From an uncultured Armatimonadia bacterium (GTDB lineage Bacteria > Armatimonadota > Zipacnadia > CAVVLO01): a DNA stretch of 64,000 nt. A program made the position numbers and the translations under genes. Positions 29,922 to 40,228 of this stretch are shown piece by piece. How positions within the stretch are numbered: the first letter of the stretch is position 1; each line of letters starts with the position of its first letter. The DNA lies in NCBI GenBank assembly GCA_963749155.1, contig CAVVLO010000001.1, positions 96,001 to 160,000 on the forward strand, given 5' to 3'. Under the pieces are notes generated by a model. That model worked only from the letters and a program-made list of their open reading frames with translations, was not told the DNA's origin and searched no databases.

Positions 29922-30718
29922 ATCCTGACGACGAACAACCTGGCAGTACGCAAACGGAATCCGAAGCCTCGGCTGCCCCGAACTGTCTGGGCGACCGAGA
30001 CCGCAAGCATCTGGGTCGAAGCTTCGATGACGCCTTTAATGGGGTCAGCGCACTTTACCGCACCCAGCCTCATGTCCGCATCTACCTGGTTATTGGCCTC
30101 GTGGCGTTGCTTCTCTCTGCAATGCTGCATTTTGGCCCGCTGGAACTGGTATTACTGTCCTCTGCCATCCTGATACTGTTTATCGCAGAATCTCTCAACA
30201 CAGCCATCGAGGCCACCGTAGACCTGGCTATCCAGGAAGAACACCCCCTGGCTAAAATTGCCAAAGATTGTGGCGCGGCGGCGGTGTTGTTTGCGGTTAG
30301 TTACGCGCTGCTGGTCGGAGTGGTATTGTTCGCCAACAAGCCGGTCTGGAAGGTGCTTTCTCGTCAGGCTTCGGCCCATTTCTTCGACGAACTCACCCGC
30401 ACTGGCGTAATGGAGTTGCTGGCACTGGGCAGCGCGGTGCTGTTCATTATCATCCTCGTCGGCAAGGGCGAGGCGTGCAACGCCAATCTGTTAAAGGGAG
30501 GGGCAGTCAGCGGGCACGCGGCGCTGGCTTTCTTCTTTGCAACGGCCGTTGCGCTTGTAGCCCAGCAAGTGCTTGTGACGCTGCTTGCCTATCTGCTGGC
30601 CCTGCTTACCGCGCAAAGCCGGGTAGATGCGCGCATCCATTCGGTGCGCGAGGCGATTTTGGGCGCGCTTGCGGGCACAACTGTATGTTTTGTCGTCTTT
30701 ATGCTCTGGCCCCATTAG
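29918..30718 (+). CDS. dgkA: Diacylglycerol/undecaprenol kinase fused to PAP2-like domain
   Basis: ESLNTAIEATVD and AKIAKDCGAAAV; C-terminal SGHAA and QSRVDARIHS. Confidence 0.88.
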   Translation: MNPDDEQPGSTQTESEASAAPNCLGDRDRKHLGRSFDDAFNGVSALYRTQPHVRIYLVIGLVALLLSAMLHFGPLELVLLSSAILILFIAESLNTAIEATVDLAIQEEHPLAKIAKDCGAAAVLFAVSYALLVGVVLFANKPVWKVLSRQASAHFFDELTRTGVMELLALGSAVLFIIILVGKGEACNANLLKGGAVSGHAALAFFFATAVALVAQQVLVTLLAYLLALLTAQSRVDARIHSVREAILGALAGTTVCFVVFMLWPH

Positions 30719-30749
30719 TCTTTAGCAAGAGGAGTCGCAAGTTTCTGTC

Positions 30750-32078
30750 ATGGATGAATTGACTGACGTTCCCTTACCTTTCGCCGCTCTCGCGATCGAC
30801 GGAGTTCTACTTGCTTTTGGACTGCTGATGATCGCCTTCTTTTCTCTCTCCGAGGCAGCCCTGGTGGGCGCATCCAAAGGCGAAGTGGCTGCTCTTGCCG
30901 ACCGAGGCCACAAACGCGGCAAGCTGCTGGAGGCCTTGATAGAGAATCCCGAAAGGGTCGTTACCGGGCTTATCCTCGGGCTCAACCTGGGTATGCTGCT
31001 GATGGCCAACGTGCTGGCTCATGTGGGCGAGGTGCTCAATGAAGCCGGGATACTGGCTTACGGGACCGCCAGAACCGAGCTTTATGTGTCTCTGGTAGCG
31101 GCTGGTATCATTGTGCTGTTTGGCGAGATAATCCCTAAATCCTACGCGGCCGCCCGGCCCTTGCCAGTCGCCCTCGCGACCAGCCACTATATCCGGCGAA
31201 TGAATCTGGTGCTTTCTCCCATCGTGGCGGCTTTCGAGTTTATTGCCTATCCTCTCGTGCACTTGCTCGGGGGACGGCGCACCGCTGTCGAAGAGCTGTC
31301 GAGTGACGAAATCCGCGATATGGTGTCGCTGGGCGAAGAAGCGGGCGCCATCGAAGCCGACGAGCGCGAGATGATCTACGGTATCCTGGAGTTCGCCGAT
31401 ACAACGGTGCACGAGATAATGATCCCGCGCATCGACACGATTGCGATTGAAGCTAGCCAGCCGCTATCCGAGCTGCTTCGACTGGTGGAAGAATCAGGCC
31501 ACACTCGTCTTCCTGTGTATGCCGGTAGCGTTGATGACCTGCTTGGAATCGTCCATTACCGCGATGCCGCTGAACAGCTCGAAGCTACAAGCCAGGACGC
31601 CCAGGTGCGCGGGATAGTCCGAAAGGCGCCAATTGTGCCCGAGACCAAGAAGCTGGCCGAGTTGCTGCGCGAACTCAAAGCTGCCCGTAGCCATCTGGCA
31701 CTGGTCGTGAACGAGCATGGAGGCTTCGTGGGCATCGTAACCATCGAAGATATCCTCGAGGAGATAGTTGGCGAGATTGCCGATGAGCATGACTCTGAAG
31801 CCGAAAGCATACGCGCCGAACTTGATGGCACCCTTGAGGTTCGCGGCAATATGGATCTCGAGGACTTTGCCAAATTTGTGGGGATCGAACTGCCCGAGGG
31901 CGATTATGAGACCCTGGCAGGTTTCATCATAGAGCAGCTTGGGCATATCCCCCAACCAGGCGAAGGGCTTGTAGTTGGCAAGCTGGAGTTGACTATCAAG
32001 CAGGTCGCGCGCAACCGCATTGAGACACTGCAGGTGCGCGCGCTGCCAGAGGATGAGCAGGATGAGGCGAAGGGCTAG
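30750..32078 (+). CDS. Hemolysin/CNNM-CBS-CorC family protein
   Basis: AFFSLSEAAL, FGEIIPK, IMIPR, GHTRLPVY, TIEDILEEIVGEI and YETLAGF. Confidence 0.92.
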   Translation: MDELTDVPLPFAALAIDGVLLAFGLLMIAFFSLSEAALVGASKGEVAALADRGHKRGKLLEALIENPERVVTGLILGLNLGMLLMANVLAHVGEVLNEAGILAYGTARTELYVSLVAAGIIVLFGEIIPKSYAAARPLPVALATSHYIRRMNLVLSPIVAAFEFIAYPLVHLLGGRRTAVEELSSDEIRDMVSLGEEAGAIEADEREMIYGILEFADTTVHEIMIPRIDTIAIEASQPLSELLRLVEESGHTRLPVYAGSVDDLLGIVHYRDAAEQLEATSQDAQVRGIVRKAPIVPETKKLAELLRELKAARSHLALVVNEHGGFVGIVTIEDILEEIVGEIADEHDSEAESIRAELDGTLEVRGNMDLEDFAKFVGIELPEGDYETLAGFIIEQLGHIPQPGEGLVVGKLELTIKQVARNRIETLQVRALPEDEQDEAKG

Positions 32079-33355
32079 CCCTCTGGCACGATATATTCAG
32101 CCCCGAAATAAGGCTGCAACGCCTCAGGCAGGCGCACGCGGCCATCTTCGGTCTGGTTGTTCTCCAAAATCGCCGCGAAGGTGCGTCCAACCGCCAATCC
32201 CGACCCATTGAGGGTATGCACGAAGCGCGGCTTGGCGCCTGGCTCGGGCCGGTAACGGATCTCTCCGCGCCGCGCCTGATAATCGGTGCAGTTGGAACAG
32301 GAAGAAATTTCCACGAATTTGTTCTGCCCGCAAAGCCAGGCTTCAAGGTCAATCTTGCGCGAGGCCTGGAAGCCCAGATCACCCGTGCAGATGTCCAGCA
32401 CCCGGTAGGGCAGCTCCAGCGCTTGCAGCACCGCCTCGGCGTCGGTGACCAGCTTGGCCAGTTCTTCATCAGAGGTCTCGGGCGTCGTGAACTTGTAAAG
32501 CTCGACCTTGTTGAACTGGTGCCTGCGAATAAGCCCCCGACTGTCCTTGCCCGCCGCGCCCGCCTCGCGCCTGAAGCAAGCGGAGAAAGCGCAATAACGC
32601 CTGGGCAGGTCAGAGGCTTCGAGGATCTCTCCCCTGTGCAGCGCGGTCAGCGCCACCTCGGCGGTCGGGATGAGGTAGAGGTCATCCTGGGTGCTGAACA
32701 TATCTTCTTCGAGGTTGGGTATCTGGGCCGACACAATCATACTTTCGCGCAAAGCCAGATAGGGCGGATAGATCTCATGATAGCCATGCTTCTGGGTGTG
32801 AAGGTCCAGCATAAAGTTGTAGAGACAACGTTCGAGCCTGGCGCCCTGGCCGCGCATAAGCCAGAAGCGCGATCCCGAAAGGCGAGAGCCGCGTTCCCAG
32901 TCGATGATGCCAAGTTGCTCGGCCAGTTCCCAATGGGGCTTGGGCTCGAAGGGAAGCTGGATTGGCTCGCGCCACTGCCGGACCTCGACGCTGTCTTCTT
33001 CGGTCTGGCCGATGGGGGTAGTCTCATCGGGGAAGTTCGGAATCCACAGCAGCACTTCGTTCGCCTGGTCGTCCAGTTCGCGCAGCCGGACCTCTTTATC
33101 CTTGCACTCGGCGGCGACGGTCTGCATCCGCTCGAGCAGTTCGGAGGCGTCCTGCTGATTGCGCTTGAGCACGCCTATCTCTTTCGAGACGGAGTTGCGC
33201 TCTGTCTGCAGGTCCTGGACTTCCTGCATCAGGACAATCCGCTGGTCTTCCAGCGCTTTGAACTGGGCCAGTCGCTCGCTTACCCCTTTGCCTCGATTGA
33301 TAAGTCGGGCACTGGCTTCCTCAAAATTCTCGCGCAGATACCTGGCGTCAAGCAC
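32075..33355 (-). CDS. serS: Seryl-tRNA synthetase
   Basis: YLIPTAEV, CFRREAG, RRHQFNKVE, EISSCSNC and HTLNGSGLAVGR; likely GTG start at 33355. Confidence 0.97.
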   Translation of the reverse strand: MLDARYLRENFEEASARLINRGKGVSERLAQFKALEDQRIVLMQEVQDLQTERNSVSKEIGVLKRNQQDASELLERMQTVAAECKDKEVRLRELDDQANEVLLWIPNFPDETTPIGQTEEDSVEVRQWREPIQLPFEPKPHWELAEQLGIIDWERGSRLSGSRFWLMRGQGARLERCLYNFMLDLHTQKHGYHEIYPPYLALRESMIVSAQIPNLEEDMFSTQDDLYLIPTAEVALTALHRGEILEASDLPRRYCAFSACFRREAGAAGKDSRGLIRRHQFNKVELYKFTTPETSDEELAKLVTDAEAVLQALELPYRVLDICTGDLGFQASRKIDLEAWLCGQNKFVEISSCSNCTDYQARRGEIRYRPEPGAKPRFVHTLNGSGLAVGRTFAAILENNQTEDGRVRLPEALQPYFGAEYIVPEG

Positions 33356-33372
33356 CTGGATCACTCCAATGT

Positions 33373-34317
33373 CTATAACGGATATTCGTCGTCCCCGAGT
33401 CTAAGCAAAGCTTCGATAAGGCGATCAAGTTCGTCCGAATCGGGGAAGTAAATCTGGATTGCGCCGCTGCCCTGCCGCTTGATGCTGATATCTATGCGGG
33501 TACCCAGGGCGCTTTCAAGCGAGCGTTTCAGGCTCATAAGTTCGGCTGGCGGATCGGCAGGCTCGGACTGTTCGGCAGCCGGCTGACCAAGTTTTCGCGC
33601 CAGCGATTCGGTCTGACGGACATTTAGCCCTTTACGCACAACCTGCTCGGCTGCAATGAGCTGCAGCTCCAGATCATCCACCTGCAAAAGCGCGCGGGCG
33701 TGACCTTCGGTAAGCTGGCCCTGTTCCACCAGGTCGCGGATAGCCCGGGGCAGTTGCAGCAACCGTAAAGTGTTGGCGATAGTCGTCCTGGCCTTGCCGA
33801 TTGCGTCAGCAAGCTCTTGCTGAGAGAATCCAAACTCATCCAGCAGCCTGCGATAGGCTTCGGCGCTCTCAACAGGGTTCAGATCTTCTCGTTGGAGATT
33901 CTCGATAAGCGCAAGTTGGGCGGTCTCAGAGTCAGAATACTGCCTGACAAGCACCGGCACGGTAGCTAGCCCGGCAGCCTCGGCGGCCTTCAGACGGCGC
34001 CAGCCTGCAACGACTTCAAAACCTTCACTGGTCTTGCGCACGATAAGCGGCTGCAGAATTCCATGCTCCCGGATGCTTGCCGAAAGCTCCGCAAGGGCCT
34101 CGGGATGGACTTGTTTACGCGGTTGATAGGGATTGGGCAGCAAGTCCTGGGTGGGCATCTCCAACTGGGCTGCCTGGCTGGACTGGGCTGGCTCTGGCGG
34201 GCTGACAGGCTGGGGCACGGCGCTGGCAGGCTCTGCCGGCGCCTGCGATTCGGTCGGTTTGCCAGCCCCCTGGCTGGGAATAAGATTGTCCAGTCCTCGC
34301 CCAAGCCCTCGCCTCAT
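33373..34317 (-). CDS. parB: ParB/Spo0J partition protein
   Basis: RGLGRGL, NPYQPR, GILQPLIV, ENLQREDL, HTH and LTEGHARAL. Confidence 0.95.
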   Translation of the reverse strand: MRRGLGRGLDNLIPSQGAGKPTESQAPAEPASAVPQPVSPPEPAQSSQAAQLEMPTQDLLPNPYQPRKQVHPEALAELSASIREHGILQPLIVRKTSEGFEVVAGWRRLKAAEAAGLATVPVLVRQYSDSETAQLALIENLQREDLNPVESAEAYRRLLDEFGFSQQELADAIGKARTTIANTLRLLQLPRAIRDLVEQGQLTEGHARALLQVDDLELQLIAAEQVVRKGLNVRQTESLARKLGQPAAEQSEPADPPAELMSLKRSLESALGTRIDISIKRQGSGAIQIYFPDSDELDRLIEALLRLGDDEYPL

Positions 34318-35114
34318 CCGCGCAACTCCTCTGTCCTGGCTCTGGCCTTGAGCCGCGCCGCCACTTCGCGAGCGAAGCGCCAGTAGGCTTCAGCTCCAGG
34401 GCACTCGGAATCATAATAAATAACAGGCTCTCCATAACTGGGAGCCTCGCCAAGTCGTACATTGCGCGGTATGACCACGTTGAAGACCAGCTCGGTGAAA
34501 TGATCGCGCACCTGGTCGGCTACCTCTCCCGAAAGTCGGGTGCGCTGGTCAAACATTGTGAGCAGCACTCCAAGCAATTCGAGTTTTGGATTAAGCCGCG
34601 ACTTGACCAACTCGTAGGTTTCGAGAAGCTGGCCAACTCCCTCGAGCGCGTAATATTCGCACTGGATAGGCACCAGCAGCAGGTCGGCGGCGACCAGGCT
34701 GTTCGACTGTCAGCAAACCAAGAGAGGGCGGTGTATCAATAATAATTATGTCGAAGTCGTCCTCGAGTCTTGGACAAGGGCTTCCTTCAACCGTTGTTCG
34801 CGCGCCAGTTCTCCCGCCAGCTTCACTTCTGCCCCGGCCAGGTCGATGGTCGAAGGCAGCAGGGAAAGCCGCTTGTTACGGGCAAACTTTACCAGCGCCT
34901 CACTTGGAGCGGCGCCATCCAGGAGCACCTCATAAAGGCCTGTCTCCACTTCGCGTTTGTCAAAACCGAGGCCACTGGTGGCATTGGCTTGGGGGTCACT
35001 GTCCACAAGCAATACCTTGTACTTCAACTCGGCAAGGCAAGCCGCCAGCGAGACCGCTGTAGTGGTCTTGCCGACGCCGCCTTTCTGATTTATGACAGCA
35101 AGTTTACTAGCCAT
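34314..35114 (-). CDS. parA: ParA/Soj ATPase (at least 2 frameshifts at about 34700-34780)
   Basis: NQKGGVGKTT and DPQANAT; middle frame IIIDTPPSLGLLT; PIQCEYYALEG and IPRNVRLGEAPS. Confidence 0.92.
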
Positions 35115-35206
35115 TCTGGATTCTGGTCTCTCCGGGCTTCGCCAAGACTGGGCACGCAGGCAGTTTAGCACGGCCTCGGGGCAGGTTCAACACGACGGCC
35201 TGGCGC

Positions 35207-35239
35207 AAACCAAGAGGGAGCCCAGCTTTGGGCTCCCTC
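35207..35239 (-). terminator. Intrinsic-terminator-like hairpin
   Basis: GAGGGAGCCCA-AAGC-TGGGCTCCCTC followed by TTGGTTT on the minus strand. Confidence 0.55.
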
Positions 35240-35267
35240 GAATAATTCTTAAACAAGCCCTGGCTTC

Positions 35268-35916
35268 TCAGAGTTCAGCTATCCTGAGCAGTCGTGAGCC
35301 GCCTGAGACCAGAACTTCGACTTCCTGCGGTATGACCTGTGCCACCGTAAGCGTCGTTGTGCCATAGGGGATGGTCTCCCCCGACTCGACATATATCTTT
35401 TCGGTGCCAATTTCCAAAAGCGCCGCAGCTCCATCGCCATGCATCAGTACCGTGCCCAGTAACTTGAGCGAGGGTGGCGGGGCAACCGTCTGGGTGATAC
35501 CGGTGCCTGGCTTAATGCCATTACGCACCGAGCTTGTTGGCGTGCGCACAGAGACAGGGGTTCTGGGAGAACCTATTTGAGGCCACTTTCTTGGAAGGCG
35601 TCACCACGAAAATATCTTTGCGCGGGGGACCACTGAGCAACTCGGGCCCCACTGGAGGTGGGACTTGCATAGTCAAAGCAGGGGCAGGTGTACCCTTGGC
35701 AGGCCCAGGCGCGCCTGGCTTGGCCGCGGGCTTTGCAACCTCGGCAGGGTTGTCTACGACTGGCATATCTGCCGGTTTGGTCGCGACGGGCTCCGAGCCT
35801 CCCACGGGCTTGGTCGCTTTGGGCGGCTTCTTGGGCTGTGCGACAAGAATTACGACGAGGAGTATTACAAAGAGGATCAAAATCAACCCCATCCTCTTTT
35901 TCGAGTCGAGTTTCAA
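35268..35916 (-). CDS. Membrane-anchored Pro/Ala-rich protein with GspC/PilP-like C-terminal domain (frameshift at about 35560)
   Basis: RBS GAGGAGG plus TTG; TM segment; PAK-rich linker; LKLLGTV...AALLE.....VESGETI resembles the T2SS-C/PilP fold. Confidence 0.55.
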
Positions 35917-36043
35917 GGAAACCCCTCCTCTGTTGCCTGCAGGCACTAGTGCGTATCCTGGAGCGGACTGACAATATCTTGTGCTGATTCAATCATCTAT
36001 TAGTATAGCACGAGTGCGCGAGTTCCTTCTTGCTAGCAGAAAT

Positions 36044-37003
36044 CTAATCCAAACAAATTTCGGCATCCGGGTATCCAAATTCGTTACGAACCTGCAACAT
36101 CACGTCGTAATTGGCCAGCGGAACGCCCCGGAAGATGCAGTTACTCGTTGCGAAAACATAGCCCCCCTGCGCCACGCCGCCATATTTGAGACAGTAGAGC
36201 GAACTCTGGCGGATTTGCTCCGGACTTCCATCCTGCACCCAGGCGCAGTTGACATTGCCAATCAGCGCCACCTGGTCGCCATAAAGTTCTTTCACAATTT
36301 TGATATCTACGCCGGCCATCGGGTCGATAGAGTGCAAGGCGTGAGGCCCTGCCTCCACCAGTTGGTCGATAATGGGCATTATGTCGCCATCGGTATGCTT
36401 AACTACATACAAACCCATATCCTTCATTGCGGTAATCTGGCGAGTCAGGTAAGGCGTGACGAACTCGCGGAACATATTGGGGCTGAGGAAGGGCCCATCA
36501 TTGAAGCAATAATCGGCGCACATAAATACAACTTCTGCGCCCGCTTCGCGCAGGGCTTTGGCATGATTGATAGCGGCTTCAGTTTGGCGTTCGGCGGCCT
36601 CGTGGACTTCCTCGGGCCGGTCGGCGATCCAGGTGACGAAATCCATCATCTGAGAGCCAGAGGGGATCGAGAAAGTGCCATCGACGAAACCGTTGAAGGC
36701 ATAGGTATCGCCGGCCAGCTCGCGCAGATAACCGAAAGTTGCCTGCTGATCTTCCATCGGCAACCAGTGCGTGCCGACCAGAGTGCAGTATTTGTAGGTT
36801 TCGGCGATCTTCACGAGCAATTCGGCGTTATGCTTCAGCATATCCTGGCGCTCTGAACCGGTTTTGCCTTCCAGCAAGGCGCCATTAAGCAGAGGCTCAC
36901 CAAAAGCTTCCTCGGCAAGTTGAAACTCAAGTTCGAGATGGGGCACCAGGCCCTCGGGACGCTCGCGGCGAAGCGCGGCAAAAAACTGTTCGCGGGGAGT
37001 CAT
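36044..37003 (-). CDS. Uroporphyrinogen decarboxylase / MtaA-CmuA family protein
   Basis: MTPREQFFAAL, ADY, FLSPNMFREF, KHTDG, IDPMAGVD, GNVN and GGYVFATSNCI. Confidence 0.88.
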   Translation of the reverse strand: MTPREQFFAALRRERPEGLVPHLELEFQLAEEAFGEPLLNGALLEGKTGSERQDMLKHNAELLVKIAETYKYCTLVGTHWLPMEDQQATFGYLRELAGDTYAFNGFVDGTFSIPSGSQMMDFVTWIADRPEEVHEAAERQTEAAINHAKALREAGAEVVFMCADYCFNDGPFLSPNMFREFVTPYLTRQITAMKDMGLYVVKHTDGDIMPIIDQLVEAGPHALHSIDPMAGVDIKIVKELYGDQVALIGNVNCAWVQDGSPEQIRQSSLYCLKYGGVAQGGYVFATSNCIFRGVPLANYDVMLQVRNEFGYPDAEICLD

Positions 37004-37083
37004 TGGGCACTCTCTCCTCTTCAGATAATGGGCGCAGCGCGCCACGAGCGCATCTTAGCACGCCGAGGCCTGCGCCGCACCCG

Positions 37084-37443
37084 TTAAAAACATTCTCTGA
37101 GCAGAGAAAGCCATTTTGCATTGACCGAATGACGATTGCCTGTCGACCAGAGCAGAGGCTCGCGTTTGGCGACGCCTACTTTGCGATTGATTTGGGCGGT
37201 ACAGGCAGCCAGGTTGCGGCTGTCGAAGTCGGGCAGGCCGGTTTCAAGCCCAAGTAATTCTTCGAGCTGGCGCCTGTCGAGAGCGCCGTACCAGGCAAGC
37301 AGGCGCAGGCAGGCGCGCTCGACAACGGTAGAGTCCTCGAGAAACTGTTCAAGCGCCTCGCGTGTCCAGGGCTCCAGCGAGCGCAGGCGCAGTTCACTGT
37401 CCACCCCGGCTCGGGCAGGATGCTGGTGTTCAGGATATGCCAT
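37084..37443 (-). CDS. Hypothetical protein (possible winged helix)
   Basis: 119-aa ORF with natural composition, colinear with neighbours. Confidence 0.5.
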   Translation of the reverse strand: MAYPEHQHPARAGVDSELRLRSLEPWTREALEQFLEDSTVVERACLRLLAWYGALDRRQLEELLGLETGLPDFDSRNLAACTAQINRKVGVAKREPLLWSTGNRHSVNAKWLSLLRECF

Positions 37444-37484
37444 TTGAAGTAGCTATCGGTAAAATCAAGACAGGGCTTTACTTC

Positions 37485-37577
37485 ACAGGGGGAAGTTCCC
37501 CCTGTACCCCCAATCTCGCTTCGCGCCGAAGGCCAAGTATGGGAGGTGCAGGGGCGACACGCCCCCTGCGCTTTTCC
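37485..37577. repeat. Structured palindromic repeat, copy 1
   Basis: Two flanking hairpins plus central TCGCTTCGCGCCGAAGGCCAA, identical to copy 2. Confidence 0.8.
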
Positions 37578-37702
37578 GTCTTTCGTCTTACGCTTTGCTT
37601 TTTGCTTTTCCAACAAAAAGGCGGGCATCAGCCCGTCCTTGTTTTTTTCTTGGCTCCGCGCTGGTTTCGGGAGCAAAGACTCCCGAAACATCAAAGACTG
37701 AA

Positions 37703-37796
37703 GAGCGCGGGGGCATGTTGCCCCCACTCCCCCCAATTCGCTTCGCGCCGAAGGCCAAATATGGAGGTGCAGGAGGTACAACCTCCTGCGTTTTTC
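37703..37796. repeat. Structured palindromic repeat, copy 2
   Basis: GGGGGCA-TGT-TGCCCCC, shared 21-mer and GCAGGAGGT-ACA-ACCTCCTGC. Confidence 0.8.
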
Positions 37797-38474
37797 AGGC
37801 TGTTAAGCAGAAAACAGCGAGTGGGCACTTGCCACACAGGGGCGCAGGGGCTTTGCACAAGGTGCGGCCGAGTGAGATAAGATTGATGTGGAACTCAAAT
37901 AGCCGCTCCGATGGCACGCTAGCCCCCAGTAGTCTCGAAATCTGGTCCGGAGTAGCCTTCTCCGGTGCCCAGCCTAGTCGCTTGGTGACTCGTTCGATAT
38001 GGGTATCAACAGGCATCACAGGCTTGCCAAAGCAGAAGAGTAAAACGCAAGCGGCGGTCTTGCGACCGATACCGGGCAGGCTGAGCAGGTAGTCCAGCGC
38101 TTCTTCCAGCGGGAGAGTCTCGAGCCGCGCAAGGTCCAGGCTTCCCTCGCGCTGCTTTATTTGAGCAAGCACAGCTTTCATACGCGCAGTGCGAGTGGGA
38201 GCCAGTCCCGCAACCCGTATGCACTCTTCGATGGACTCCTCCGGCGCTGCCAGCACTTCTTCCCAGGTGGGGAAGGCTGCGCGCAAAGAGTGCCAGGCGC
38301 GGTCTCGGTTCACATCATTGGTATTTTGGGAAAGCAAAGTCAGTAGCAACTCGTCCAGGGGAAGCCGGCGAGGCAGGGGAGGGTCCGGTCGAACAACTCG
38401 GCAAGCGCCTCGAGGGCGAAAGAGAGTTGCTCCACTGGCGGAGGAGGCAGTTCGGTCTGATGCCTGTCAGGCAT
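37795..38474 (-). CDS. nth: Endonuclease III-like HhH-GPD DNA glycosylase (frameshift at about 38380)
   Basis: LLSQNT, LPGIGRKTA, PVDTH and C-x6-C-x2-C-x5-C Fe-S motif; probable ATG 38474 lies in another frame. Confidence 0.88.
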
Positions 38475-38480
38475 CGCGCG

Positions 38481-39885
38481 CTAGAGCTCCATCTTGGGAT
38501 AGATGGCGCGCTGGCGAGTGTCAACCTGAAGGCCGGTAGAGCCAATCTGGAAGCGCCGCACGTCGCGGTTGTGCTGGCTGCCGCGCATCTTGGGCACCGC
38601 GACGCCGCTCTTGATTTGGCTGCCTACCTCGGTGTGACGCAGGGTGATGATTGTGTCCATCACGAAGGCTATCTTCGCCTCGGTGGCGCTGAGGATTTCC
38701 GTCGAATTGGGCAGGCTGTCAATCAGCAGTTGCGTGACCCCTTGGGCGCGCGCGTAGCCGGTGAAGGAGAAAATCAACTCCTTGAATTTCTGCTCGTCAG
38801 GTTCTCCCGGGCGCAATTCTTCGAGGCTGTCGATGACCAGGCGCTTGTACGGGCGCTGCTCGCAGGCCTGACGTATGCGGTGAGTCACTTCATACGGGTC
38901 AAGATTCGACCATCGGCACGTACATTATGTCGACCTGGTCTTCAGGCAGCGGATTTTCGGTCTTGATAGCCATGGCCCGGGCCTTTTCGGGGCTCTCAAC
39001 AAAGGTCACCAGCAGGCCAGGCTGCTTGAGCCGCGCGCCTACTGACAAGAAGGAGATGCCCAGCAAGCTCTTGCCAGTGCCCGCGCTGCCCGCCACAAGG
39101 CAGCAAGTGCCCTGCAGAAGGCCGCCATAGAGCATCTCGTCGAGGCCTTCCACCCCAGTTTCGTAGCGTTGATCCTCGGGCAGGTCGGGTTCTTCGCCCA
39201 GCACTTTCAGCCTGTTGGGGAAGACTTCAACCCCAGTCGAGCTGATTTTCATCGAGTGCAGGCCGTAAAGGAAATCCTGGCCGCGCGCTTTTACTACCTG
39301 CAATTTACGGCCGCGAGACTGGTCGGGCAGGAAGGAGACGCGCACGCAACTGTCCACGACATATTCCTCGAAGGACAGCTCCTCGGTCGACAGGCCTTTT
39401 ACCTCTTTGGTTAGCAGCGCGGTAAAGCCTGCATTGCGCAATCGGTTGGTGAGCGCGTTGAATAATTCGCGGTGGTTGGCGCTAGACTCGGCAACCCGCT
39501 CGAAGTGAGAGACGCTGTCCACAAGGATGCGCTTGGCTTCCATATCAAGGGCCATCTTGTAGATGGCGCCGGTGCTGCTGGTCATCTGCTCCTGGAAGAC
39601 TTTGGGCGAGGTTGAGATGAGCCTGAGCTTGCCGCTGTCTATAAGCGATTGAAGGTCCCAGCCAAAATTGGCCGCATCGGCGATCATACGCTGCGGCATT
39701 TCTTCGAAAGTCACGATAAGCGCTGGCTCGTTGGAATCTACCACGCCGTGATAGATCATCTGGAGGCCCAGTGTTGTTTTTCCAGTACCCGGAGAGCCTT
39801 CAATCAGGACGGCATGGCCTTGGCCAAGCCCCCCAAGTAATACTTCATCAAGTCCGGGCACACCGGTTGCTACTTGCTCAGGCAC
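38481..39885 (-). CDS. KaiC-like double-domain ATPase (frameshift at about 38908)
   Basis: TGVPGLDE, GSPGTGKT, TFEE and KARG; second domain TGVEGLDE, GSAGTGKS, RLVIDSL and KMRGS. Confidence 0.88.
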
Positions 39886-39909
39886 GTAGAAAGTCTCTCC
39901 CTGGCGTTA

Positions 39910-40206
39910 TCAAGTCTTTATGGTCTGGAGACTCACGAATAAGGGCTCCACAAGCCGTTCATCCAGAACCGGGTTCGCTAAACTATAGATTAAGTTATCA
40001 TCGGTTCCTGCGCTCTGCAAGACACCCTTATCACAAAGTATATCTAATACAGGCCGAAGTTCAGCCACAGTTACGCCTAACCAGACAGCAAATCCTTTGG
40101 CATCGTCAAAAACCCAGGGATTTTCGGCCAAATAATCAAGTACCGAGGCGCCCAGGGTGCCACGAACTTTTTCTCTTGCCTGGTCTGCCAGCTCGCTAAT
40201 CTGCAT
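39910..40206 (-). CDS. Small winged-helix-like protein
   Basis: LDYLAENPW.FDDAKGFAVWLG....ELRPVLDIL...GVL; RBS GGAGG. Confidence 0.6.
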   Translation of the reverse strand: MQISELADQAREKVRGTLGASVLDYLAENPWVFDDAKGFAVWLGVTVAELRPVLDILCDKGVLQSAGTDDNLIYSLANPVLDERLVEPLFVSLQTIKT

Positions 40207-40228
40207 CGAGCCGTGTGCCTCCCCTGGC

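Noticed and set aside
32216..33451. 411-aa plus-strand ORF
   Set aside because: Antisense to serS, with no recognisable motifs
37485..37796. Possible mini-CRISPR
   Set aside because: Only two long imperfect units, a spacer of about 125 bp and no cas genes
37176..38092. Several 165-201 aa ORFs across the repeat region
   Set aside because: They translate palindromic repeats or the nth antisense strand; low-quality composition
38481..39885. Circadian clock locus
   Set aside because: No kaiA/kaiB in the window and the Ser-Thr phosphosites are absent
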